Shown one piece after another: positions 38,564-47,439 of a stretch of DNA of 64,000 nt. Source of the stretch: a virus; the IMG/VR virus record IMGVR_UViG_3300022895_000010, one strand, 5' to 3'. Numbering within the stretch: position 1 is the first letter of the stretch; every line of letters starts with the position of its first letter. A program made the position numbers and the translations under genes. The notes below the pieces were generated by a model. The model ran no database searches. It was not told the origin of the DNA and was given only the letters and a program-made list of their open reading frames with translations.

Positions 38564-39634
38564 TTGTATATGGCTTATGATTTAACTTTATATAGTTTTC
38601 TTAAGAAACACTTAAGAGTATGTAGAAAGTCTGGTAGAGGTGACGAGACTATCATCCGTTGTCCTTTCTGTGGTGATAGTAGAAAAAGCGCTAAAAGTGC
38701 TCACTTCTATATTCAAAATAAACCACCATATAAAATGTACTGTCAAAAGTGTACAACATCTGGTATATTCAATAATGAGATGCTAGGTAAATTAGGTTTA
38801 TTTGATGTTGAAGTTTCTAATATGCTTAAAAACTCTTATAAGCAGTATTTAAAGAATATCAATATTAAATACGGTGGTTCATTCACTAGCTACTTCCTTA
38901 AGCAGAAAATTATATTTGAACCAAACCAATTTACAGATTTAGAATTAGATAAACTAGATTATGTAAATAAACGATTAGGTATTGAGATTGAATACAAGGA
39001 TATTACCAAGTATAAACTAGTATTGAATCTTGAGGACTTCTTAGTAAATAATAAGATTGAGAAAGATAAAATCTTAACCGATGATAAAGGTAAAAGGAAT
39101 AAGAAGAAGGAAATGATGTTTGACCTATGTCAAAAATATGCAGTAGGTTTCTTAACATTCGATAAAAATATTATTGTATTTAGAAGCTTAGATGAAGAGA
39201 AGACTGGTTTTAGATATCATAACTTTAGAATATTCGATGATGATTTTGAAACTACTAAGAAATTCTATGCACTCACTGATATAATAGATTTAAAATCAAG
39301 TGTAATAGAAATTGTTATGTCTGAAGGTATAATGGATATTGTAGGTATTTATAATCATATTTATAAAAAAGAAAATAAGGTAAATAGACTCTATATATCA
39401 GCGAATGGTAAAGGGTTTGACTTTATATTAACATATCTATCAACATTAGGTATATTAAATTGCGATATATTTATCTATTCAGATAATGATGTCAAGTTAC
39501 CTTATTATGAAAATCTTCAGAAGTATAATTTAGTAGTAAAGTATAATGGAGCTAAAATTCATTATAATAAAAAGAGTAAAGACTTTGGAGTTCCAATAGA
39601 AGATATTGAACTGGATCGAGTTATTAGTATTTAG
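38564..39634 (+). CDS. DNA primase (T4 gp61/DnaG-like)
   Basis: Zinc ribbon RCPFCGDS...HFY...C.KC; TOPRIM SEGIMD and YSDND; KDFG. Confidence 0.87.
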   Translation: MYMAYDLTLYSFLKKHLRVCRKSGRGDETIIRCPFCGDSRKSAKSAHFYIQNKPPYKMYCQKCTTSGIFNNEMLGKLGLFDVEVSNMLKNSYKQYLKNINIKYGGSFTSYFLKQKIIFEPNQFTDLELDKLDYVNKRLGIEIEYKDITKYKLVLNLEDFLVNNKIEKDKILTDDKGKRNKKKEMMFDLCQKYAVGFLTFDKNIIVFRSLDEEKTGFRYHNFRIFDDDFETTKKFYALTDIIDLKSSVIEIVMSEGIMDIVGIYNHIYKKENKVNRLYISANGKGFDFILTYLSTLGILNCDIFIYSDNDVKLPYYENLQKYNLVVKYNGAKIHYNKKSKDFGVPIEDIELDRVISI

Positions 39635-39646
39635 GGGGATTATTAC

Positions 39647-40747
39647 ATGCATACATTAGAAAAGATTTTACATTCAAAGAAACTAGCTTATAGATATTTA
39701 GAACCATTAATGGAACAATATGTTTCAAGAAATAAATTAACACCTTTTTCAACAGAGGTAAATATCTATATTGATGTTGCAGAAGTATTTAAATCATTAT
39801 ATAATCCAAAGGTAATGAATTTATTAGATTCATTAAAGAGTAAAGAACGTTTTATAATAGCTTCAGAAATTGTCAATCTAGTAAGTCATTATAGACATTT
39901 CTTCTATTCAAGAATGAATATGTACTCTACTTTTTATTTCTATTATTCAGATGAACAATCTGAATATCACACTAATATTGATTCTGATTATAAGAGAGAA
40001 TATTATTCTAAACGTCTACAGTCAGGTGATTCATATAATAAAATATTTGATAGAATTGTGTATGATAATGTTAAGCTAATTAATTCATTTCTTCAATACG
40101 TTCCTCATGCATATTTTATTAATACAAAGCAACTAGAACCAAATGCTTTACCTTATTATATGATTAGTAAATGTGAAAATAAAGATACAATGCATATGAT
40201 TCTTAGTAATGATAAAGTGCAATATCAGAATTTAACAATAACTGATAAAGTTATTCAGCTTGAAAATAGAGGTGAGAATTCAGTAATTATTACATCCGAA
40301 AATATGTATGAATACATATTAAAGGATTCTAAAACTAAAACTGAGTTTTCTATGTTCCCTGAATTATTTCCTGTATTAGTATCAATGGTTAATCAAAAAG
40401 CTTATGATATAAAAGGTATTAAGAATTTAGGATACGTTAGAGGAATGACATTCATAGATCAATGTATTGATAATGGTTCTTTAAAGAATATTGAATATCT
40501 TGATATTGAAGAATTAGAGAATTCATTAAGAGATGAACTAAAACCAGACCAATTAGAGAAGTTTATTAATAACTTTAAAATGTTTAATCATCATATTGTT
40601 GTCAGTGAAAACCATTATGATATTATAGTTGAAAAACAAATCATTGATAGAATAGATGCTTTAAGTGTTAGAAAAATTAATGAAAAATACTTTGAACTAG
40701 CACCAGTACTCATTGACTACTGTTATGAAGGAGAAGAGTATGAATAA
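39647..40747 (+). CDS. 5'-3' exonuclease/flap-endonuclease-like protein (T4 RNase H family)
   Basis: IYID, DYK....KR, LEPN, ILSND...Q and an H3TH-like DIKGIKNLG. Confidence 0.55.
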   Translation: MHTLEKILHSKKLAYRYLEPLMEQYVSRNKLTPFSTEVNIYIDVAEVFKSLYNPKVMNLLDSLKSKERFIIASEIVNLVSHYRHFFYSRMNMYSTFYFYYSDEQSEYHTNIDSDYKREYYSKRLQSGDSYNKIFDRIVYDNVKLINSFLQYVPHAYFINTKQLEPNALPYYMISKCENKDTMHMILSNDKVQYQNLTITDKVIQLENRGENSVIITSENMYEYILKDSKTKTEFSMFPELFPVLVSMVNQKAYDIKGIKNLGYVRGMTFIDQCIDNGSLKNIEYLDIEELENSLRDELKPDQLEKFINNFKMFNHHIVVSENHYDIIVEKQIIDRIDALSVRKINEKYFELAPVLIDYCYEGEEYE

Positions 40748-40796
40748 TGAGAGATACTTACGTATCTCTTTTTTTTTTATAAAGGGGGAAATATAA

Positions 40797-42020
40797 ATGG
40801 ATATGCGGAATTATTCTAGATATGCTTATAAAGCTGATCTAAAATTAGTGTTCTCTGATAGTACGTTTGCTGATATATCTGAAAATATTGTAAATATAGT
40901 TATTAAGAATCATTATGAGCGTTATGTATTTCCAGTAATATTTGTGAGATTATATTTGAATGTAGAAAACTTTACTAAGATTCAGAATGATAATGGTGTT
41001 AAATTAAACCTTAATATGAGAAAGTACAGAGAAGATGATGTAAGCAATAATGACTTAATGAAAACAGTGATATATACTGATTATATTAATAATCTAAATC
41101 TTGTTCCTATTAAGAAAAATATTACACCTATTTCAGTTGATGATAAATTATATAATAATACAAATAATCCTCAATCTAACTTCTATATGGATCTAATTCT
41201 TATGACCGAAGATAGTTTGAATATTAATAAAATGGTATTCAATGGTATTTATAGAAACTGTTCAGTAGTTGAATTAATGGCTCTTATGGTTAAATATCTA
41301 AATAAAGATGTATTAATTGAAAGACCTGATAATGCTTCTATGATAGACCAAGCTATATTAATACCTGATAACTTTATTAATAATATTCGTTATATAAATG
41401 ATGTATATGGTATCTATAAATCGGGATTGAGAATGTTCTTTGGTTTTGATCAATATTATATTTTATCAGGATTAATAAATGCTAAGACGCCTAGATCGCT
41501 TAAAGACGATGTTGATAGTATTGTACTTAATATTCAATTTTCAGAGGTAGATGTTAGAAATCGATTTTATAATCATGGTAGCTTCGAGGATGGAAATAAA
41601 CGCATCATAACTACAACAGAAAAGAACGTATTTATAGGAGATGACCAAATCCTTAAAAATGAATTAACAGGTACAAATAATTACTTTATGTCCCAAAGTG
41701 AGGGATTCTCATTAAATCATACGAAGTTGGATAGTGATATAAATAAGACGAAAGTATTTAAGAATAAATATTCCAATCCATATAAAGAGGAAGAATATAG
41801 ATTGTCTAATAAAAACTATGTTAGTGCTGTTTATAGCTTCTCTGATATCGATATAGACTTATTGGGTTGTAATAAATTATTCAACTTTAATTTTATGAAT
41901 TTAAACTATGTAGAACATAATGGGTATTATCAAATGATTGAATCATTTATAGTATTTGAGGTAGATAATAAAGATAACTTAGTCCTTAAGGGTAAGGCTA
42001 CATTTAAAAAAATTGGATAA
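40797..42020 (+). CDS. Putative baseplate hub / virion structural protein
   Basis: Beta-rich with I.I..HYE...FP, G.YRN.S..E, YGIY..G and GYY......F patterns reminiscent of gp27-type hubs. Confidence 0.35.
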   Translation: MDMRNYSRYAYKADLKLVFSDSTFADISENIVNIVIKNHYERYVFPVIFVRLYLNVENFTKIQNDNGVKLNLNMRKYREDDVSNNDLMKTVIYTDYINNLNLVPIKKNITPISVDDKLYNNTNNPQSNFYMDLILMTEDSLNINKMVFNGIYRNCSVVELMALMVKYLNKDVLIERPDNASMIDQAILIPDNFINNIRYINDVYGIYKSGLRMFFGFDQYYILSGLINAKTPRSLKDDVDSIVLNIQFSEVDVRNRFYNHGSFEDGNKRIITTTEKNVFIGDDQILKNELTGTNNYFMSQSEGFSLNHTKLDSDINKTKVFKNKYSNPYKEEEYRLSNKNYVSAVYSFSDIDIDLLGCNKLFNFNFMNLNYVEHNGYYQMIESFIVFEVDNKDNLVLKGKATFKKIG

Positions 42021-42021
42021 T

Positions 42022-42062
42022 AAATAACCGATATAAGAAATTAATCTTATATCGGTTATTTT
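42022..42062. terminator. Bidirectional terminator
   Basis: AAATAACCGATATAAGA-AATTAA-TCTTATATCGGTTATTT between convergent genes. Confidence 0.8.
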
Positions 42063-42067
42063 AATTA

Positions 42068-43039
42068 TTATTCTACTTCAACGCCAGCGAATAAAGTAGA
42101 TACGAAGTCAGTACCTTCAGTTTTAACTTCTTTTTCTTTTTTAGTACCGCCAACAGCTTTCTTAACAACACGAAGTGCGTCAGAAACTAATTGGTTGTAT
42201 AAAGATACAGAAGTAGATTTAGCTTTGTTAACTAATACTACAGCATTTTTAGTTGTAGCAATTTTGTTTTTGATTGCTTTTTCGTCTTCTTTAGCACCAG
42301 ATTGCTTAGCTTGTTTAGCATGAACATCAGCAATTTTAGCACCTTGTTCAAGAACACGGATAGAAAGATCGAAAGAAGTAGAAAGCTTTTGTTTGTTAGC
42401 ACGAGCAGTACGACAAACGTCAGCCATTTCTTTTACTTTAGAAGCATCATAAACAGTGTCTTTCTTAGCATCTCCACGAACTGTTTTAACTAAGTTCTTA
42501 GAGAATTGATCAAAACTTACACCGAATACTTTCTTAGAAAGTTCGTCAGTAGAAAGAACTTTGTCGCCAGAACCTAAACCTTCAGCAGTTTTTGCCGCTT
42601 GGTCAGCTTTAGACATAACTTGTTCTAATACAGAAGTTGTACCTTTTGGTTTCTTCCATGCATTAGTGCTAACTTTTACTTTACCATCGAATTTAGCGAT
42701 AGCTTCTTTGTGTTTTTCAACAAAGCTACCTGCGAAGTCGAAGTAGTCAACAACTTTCTTGATAATTGTAGAAACGAATTTCTTAAGTTCAGCAACACGA
42801 TCAGCGAACCATTTTTTAACAGAATCCCACCATCCAGTTTGAGTTGCTTCTAAAAGTGCAGCGTCTTCATTCTTGATAGCAGTATATTCTTTATTAACTG
42901 CAGTCATCATGATGTTATTCCAAGATACCTCAGCATCAAGAGTAGCTTCCATTAAACCTGTAACGTCCTCAAGGAACACAGCATCCGATTGTACTACATC
43001 AGTTTCCATTTCTTCTAATAAGAACATAATATGATCCAA
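42068..43039 (-). CDS. Abundant virion (internal head-type) protein
   Basis: Acidic leader with LE/LME/LLEA motifs typical of prohead-protease-processed proteins; biased codons (TTC, AAC, CGT); two late motifs at 43060-43071 and 43106-43117. Confidence 0.55.
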   Translation of the reverse strand: MDHIMFLLEEMETDVVQSDAVFLEDVTGLMEATLDAEVSWNNIMMTAVNKEYTAIKNEDAALLEATQTGWWDSVKKWFADRVAELKKFVSTIIKKVVDYFDFAGSFVEKHKEAIAKFDGKVKVSTNAWKKPKGTTSVLEQVMSKADQAAKTAEGLGSGDKVLSTDELSKKVFGVSFDQFSKNLVKTVRGDAKKDTVYDASKVKEMADVCRTARANKQKLSTSFDLSIRVLEQGAKIADVHAKQAKQSGAKEDEKAIKNKIATTKNAVVLVNKAKSTSVSLYNQLVSDALRVVKKAVGGTKKEKEVKTEGTDFVSTLFAGVEVE

Positions 43040-43121
43040 CTCCTTTAAAAAGTTTAAATTATTTTTTTGTTTAATATTTGGTTAATAATTTTTATAAAAA
43101 AATTATAATTTAATGTTTGTT

Positions 43122-44120
43122 TTAAATTAAGATATCAGTTCCTATGCTATTTCCATAACCATCATTCTTGATATCATTAACAATTTCTTTATTATTGTGT
43201 TCAAGATCACTAGAAGATTTTGATTGAGATTGAGAAGAATCGATGTTAATCTTTTCAGATAATTCACCTAAACGTTTAACCCATTTCTCCTGTTTAGACT
43301 TGATGACTTTAGCATCACGACCATTAATAGTAACTAGATTCATTTCTAATAATGTTTTAACAGTCTCTAATTTTTTAGCAATCATTACACGAGTATGGAA
43401 GTACATATAAACTACACCACGAATAATACTTAATAAAAGAATAAATCCACCAAAGATTCCTAGAGAAATACTTAGTACTGATTCATTTTTTCTTAAAGCA
43501 TTAGTAATAGATGCACCTAGTTTACCGTTTGATTCCATATCGTTAACTTTTAATAAAGCATTGATATAGTTATTGCTCATTAAAGGTTTCTTTCTATCTT
43601 TCTTAATTTGTGCTTTATAGATTCCTAATTGATCTGTAGTAACTTCAATAGCTTCTGAAATAACAATAGAAGTACCTTCGATTAATGAAATTACTAGAGA
43701 ATCATAAAGATATACTAAAAGCATATTACTAGTACGGAAACCAGTCATGAACTTTTCACGATATTTCTCAAGAATTGTAATAGTACCTTTAAGAGCATTT
43801 ACAGTTTCTCGAATTTGCATGTCAGCATCTTTATCATTAATAATTAAACTATCAATGAAACGAATACCGTCTGTAATAGTTTTATATTCTTTAAGCTTAT
43901 GGATATCACCTTTAGTATGTTCTGGAACGCTAAAGTCTACATCTAAAGCTTTATTCTTAATGTCATTGAAAAGTTTAGTAACTAATTTATCAGCCAATAA
44001 AGACTTTTCATCTTCATTAAGTGTACGAATATCACGAGGTTTCCAATCTGAACCCTCAACTAATAAGTGTTCTGATAGAACATTTTCACCTTTAAATCGA
44101 TTTTGATTTTTACCAAACAC
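43122..44120 (-). CDS. Virion protein with one hydrophobic helix
   Basis: Late operon; TM-like SVLSISLGIFGGFILLLSII. Confidence 0.5.
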   Translation of the reverse strand: MFGKNQNRFKGENVLSEHLLVEGSDWKPRDIRTLNEDEKSLLADKLVTKLFNDIKNKALDVDFSVPEHTKGDIHKLKEYKTITDGIRFIDSLIINDKDADMQIRETVNALKGTITILEKYREKFMTGFRTSNMLLVYLYDSLVISLIEGTSIVISEAIEVTTDQLGIYKAQIKKDRKKPLMSNNYINALLKVNDMESNGKLGASITNALRKNESVLSISLGIFGGFILLLSIIRGVVYMYFHTRVMIAKKLETVKTLLEMNLVTINGRDAKVIKSKQEKWVKRLGELSEKINIDSSQSQSKSSSDLEHNNKEIVNDIKNDGYGNSIGTDILI

Positions 44121-44136
44121 CAGAATTCCTCCTTTC

Positions 44137-45336
44137 TTAGCGGAACATAGATTTCGAACCAGTTAAGTCCGTATCTTTTTCCTTTGCAAAGTTTTTAAGA
44201 GAATCAAATGAGAAGTGATTGAAGTCTCTTGTATTGTCATTAAAGATGTAAGCAATTTGAGTTGTTTCATCAACAATAACAAACGATAGTAAGAATAGTT
44301 TCTTCATGATTTTATAAACTGCGCCTGTATTACTAATTAAGTCTAGACCATGAATATTTTTAATATTGTCTACATCTTGTTTACTAATACATAAAGTAGC
44401 AGTTGGAATTGGAGAACCTTTCTTACCTTTTAATAAATCAGCTTGTCCAAGAATTTTACGAACTTCAGCTTCTTTACCCATTGTTGAAAGTTTTCTCCAC
44501 CAGTAATTATCCTTACTTGTGTTTTGCTTAGCCATTTTCTTATTCATATCAACAGCTAATAAAAGATCCTTGAATAATTTAATCTCACCAGATGTCCAAC
44601 GAATTAATTGGAAGAACTTGTTGCTATCTTTAACAGTATCAGATAAGTAGTAAACTACATCATCAGAACTTACTGGATGGATAACAGTCTTAACACCGAA
44701 AGTGATATTTTGAGTAACTACCTGTTGGTCTACTAACCAGTTAATTGTAGCTGATACAGTAGTAGGAGTTAAATCATTAGCTTTCTTAATATCGTATTTA
44801 TCAATGTTAGCTTTTACGTAACTGCTTTGAGGTACTCCTTGACCATTACGGTTTCCTCCAGCGTTGCTGTTTTTAGCTTCTGATAAATAACGAGGAATAG
44901 TAAAGTTATTTAAAATATCAGTGTTCAGTTTAGAATCAATTGATTCTAGTAAACTCTTATGAGATTTTTCAATATCAGTAGGTGTAACATTCTCGAAATA
45001 AGAACGGTTAATATTCTTATGATATTGAGTAATAAACTCAGTAGCAGAGATTTCTTTAGTACCATCTGCTTTTTGGATGTTACTAGAATTTAATAGAATA
45101 GATACAAGGTTCACATATTCGTGTTCTAGGGAACGTGAAAGTAATGTAGCTGTATCTAAAGAGATAGTATCAGAAAGTAATAAAGGATACTGAAGAACTA
45201 AATCCTTAGTTCTACTTTTGATAGAACTCCCTAATGGATTTTTAATTGCTTTACCCATTTTGTAGCCTTTCTCAAAACCCTTTCTATCCATTTTCAAAAG
45301 GTCAAGGGCTACTCTGACTAAATCCGAAACGATCAT
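44137..45336 (-). CDS. Putative virion structural protein
   Basis: Late motif at 45377-45388 (-); heads a three-gene structural-looking operon. Confidence 0.5.
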   Translation of the reverse strand: MIVSDLVRVALDLLKMDRKGFEKGYKMGKAIKNPLGSSIKSRTKDLVLQYPLLLSDTISLDTATLLSRSLEHEYVNLVSILLNSSNIQKADGTKEISATEFITQYHKNINRSYFENVTPTDIEKSHKSLLESIDSKLNTDILNNFTIPRYLSEAKNSNAGGNRNGQGVPQSSYVKANIDKYDIKKANDLTPTTVSATINWLVDQQVVTQNITFGVKTVIHPVSSDDVVYYLSDTVKDSNKFFQLIRWTSGEIKLFKDLLLAVDMNKKMAKQNTSKDNYWWRKLSTMGKEAEVRKILGQADLLKGKKGSPIPTATLCISKQDVDNIKNIHGLDLISNTGAVYKIMKKLFLLSFVIVDETTQIAYIFNDNTRDFNHFSFDSLKNFAKEKDTDLTGSKSMFR

Positions 45337-45409
45337 ATATTTACCTTCCTTTCTCTTTTTAATATATGAAAAATAATAATTAATTGTTATAAAAAAAATT
45401 TACTTAACT

Positions 45410-45678
45410 TTTTAACACCCAAAAGCTGTTAGTAAAATTAATTACTAACAGCGCATTTGATATAAGCACCTAAGAGGAGTATGTTATTCTTCACAAGTGT
45501 CTTCTTCTAAAAGTGAAAGTAGAAATCCTAAAAATAACATGGCTTTGCCCCTCCTTAAAATTTAAAGGAGTTCTAATGTGGAAACAGACTATATGGGTGT
45601 TTAAATGTTTCCAGTTTTTAGGTTTTATCAAGGAAAAAACTTATATCACTAGTTCAATTCATTAGAATCTCTCAAATA
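45410..45678 (-). ncRNA. Highly structured RNA / small-peptide mRNA
   Basis: At least six perfect 8-11-bp complementary pairs in ~270 nt, early motif at 45680-45692 (-), terminator-like hairpin 45425-45452. Confidence 0.55.
45484..45540 (-). CDS. 18-aa peptide MLFLGFLLSLLEEDTCEE
   Basis: AAGGAGG 9 nt upstream of ATG; hydrophobic N-terminus and acidic tail; below the ORF-track cutoff. Confidence 0.45.
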   Translation of the reverse strand: MLFLGFLLSLLEEDTCEE

Positions 45679-45729
45679 AATAATATGTATTTATAAATGA
45701 AATAAAAAAAAAGAGAGTATAAAACCCTC

Positions 45730-46227
45730 TTATTGTAGTCCAATATACTTCATATAATTAGACCATGCATTATTTATCATGCCTTGAAAATCTCTCTCTA
45801 AAATTATTTTATCTTTTAATTTAATAAAACCAAATAAATCTTGAACTATACAAATTCCTGGTCTATCGTAGTAAACTACAAATTCCCAATCATTATTATA
45901 TATAGTTTGATATGTATATCTAGTCTTAAGTTGAACATCCGAGTTATTAATACGGAAATCAACACCATTCTTATCTAATAAACTATCTATATAAATGAAT
46001 AATAAGTGCTTTCTTCCAGTATCATTAAGAAACTTTTTAGTTAAACCTAGAATATTAGCTACACATATTTCTACATAATGTCCATAATTCCAATCTTTAG
46101 GTGTATCTTTTAAATCATATCTTAAACCTTTAACTCCATTTGAAAATGCTTTTCTCTTGTGATAATTTAACTCATTTAAATTTACCTTAACTGTCATTTC
46201 TAAATAACTTGCTCTTTTGCTAAACAT
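45730..46227 (-). CDS. PD-(D/E)XK restriction-endonuclease-like protein
   Basis: GHYVE...A, LDKNGVDF...DVQLK; start reassigned to ATG 46227 after GGAGG; early motif at 46286-46298 (-). Confidence 0.5.
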   Translation of the reverse strand: MFSKRASYLEMTVKVNLNELNYHKRKAFSNGVKGLRYDLKDTPKDWNYGHYVEICVANILGLTKKFLNDTGRKHLLFIYIDSLLDKNGVDFRINNSDVQLKTRYTYQTIYNNDWEFVVYYDRPGICIVQDLFGFIKLKDKIILERDFQGMINNAWSNYMKYIGLQ

Positions 46228-46394
46228 AATAAAATTCCTCCAATAATTATACATTATAAAATATATTATAAACTTTCTCACAATTATAATATATACTTAT
46301 AAGAGTTATTAAAATCATTCTTTTTTAAATTTTTTATTATCTATAACAATTAATTATTTAAATAACGATATAATTAATAAAAGGGGGTTTAAAA

Positions 46395-47423
46395 ATGCCT
46401 GAAGATGGTAAAATTAGTGTAACGACAGAAGTAACTGGTGATACCAATTTTAAATTATATGAAGATTTGGACATTGTTAATAAATATAATCCATTCAGAA
46501 TTCATGATGATAATCATGATCATTTTGTTAAAGGTATTCCAATCATCTTCTTTAGTACACCTAAAATAAACTTCAGTGAATTTAATATTTCTAAGAATAC
46601 CTTCTTTTCATATATGTATTATGAAGAAGCTGAGATAATGAAATCATTAAGTTATGGTGTATCAGATAGTGATAAAATAGCCAGTCATAGTCCATTTATT
46701 AAACTACTTACAAATACTGCAGGTTCATTTAATACTAAAGATACTACTGCAAGAACTAAAGAAGTCGGTGAAACCTTCTATGGGTTTAAACAAACACTTC
46801 CAGCGGCAAGCGTTGATAGTATTACTGGTGATGAATTCAGTATTAAGTATCATGATTATAAGGACTTACCAGTATTAAAAATGCATAAGTTATGGTTTGA
46901 ATATGCAGAAGCAGTTAGACGTGGTGTAATGGCTCCTAGTAAAGATGCAATAAATAAAAGATATATTGATTATGTATCTTCAGTTTATTACTTCATTTTA
47001 GATATGGATTTTGAGACAATTTTATTCTATTCTAAATATACAGGTGTTGCTCCAACTAACTTACCTTATAGTGTATTCTCAATGGAGATGGGTCAAAGAG
47101 ATGTATTGGAATATGATATTAACTATGTATACTCTTATAAAGAAGATTTAAATCCTGCGATATTAGTAGATTTCAATAAGATTGTAACATCAGGTCAATC
47201 ATTATATCATAACTTTACAGCTAATACAGATTCATACTTACCTACAACTAAAAAAGGTCAATTCAGTGCTGATGAACTATATACTAAATTGAATAAATCC
47301 ACTGTTCAAGTTGAAAAGTATGTGGATAGTTATAATAAAACTAAATTCAAATTAGTATTTGATGGTAATAAGATTCAACCAAAAACATCACCTAATAGTA
47401 CTCCTAATACAACTAAAAAATAG
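46395..47423 (+). CDS. Tail-tube-fold baseplate protein (gp19/gp54-like)
   Basis: FSIKY.D..DL.V..MHK.W, Y....Y.F, Y.GV.PTNL, Y.INY.Y; late motif at 46345-46356. Confidence 0.55.
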   Translation: MPEDGKISVTTEVTGDTNFKLYEDLDIVNKYNPFRIHDDNHDHFVKGIPIIFFSTPKINFSEFNISKNTFFSYMYYEEAEIMKSLSYGVSDSDKIASHSPFIKLLTNTAGSFNTKDTTARTKEVGETFYGFKQTLPAASVDSITGDEFSIKYHDYKDLPVLKMHKLWFEYAEAVRRGVMAPSKDAINKRYIDYVSSVYYFILDMDFETILFYSKYTGVAPTNLPYSVFSMEMGQRDVLEYDINYVYSYKEDLNPAILVDFNKIVTSGQSLYHNFTANTDSYLPTTKKGQFSADELYTKLNKSTVQVEKYVDSYNKTKFKLVFDGNKIQPKTSPNSTPNTTKK

Positions 47424-47439
47424 AAAGGATGATTAAGAT

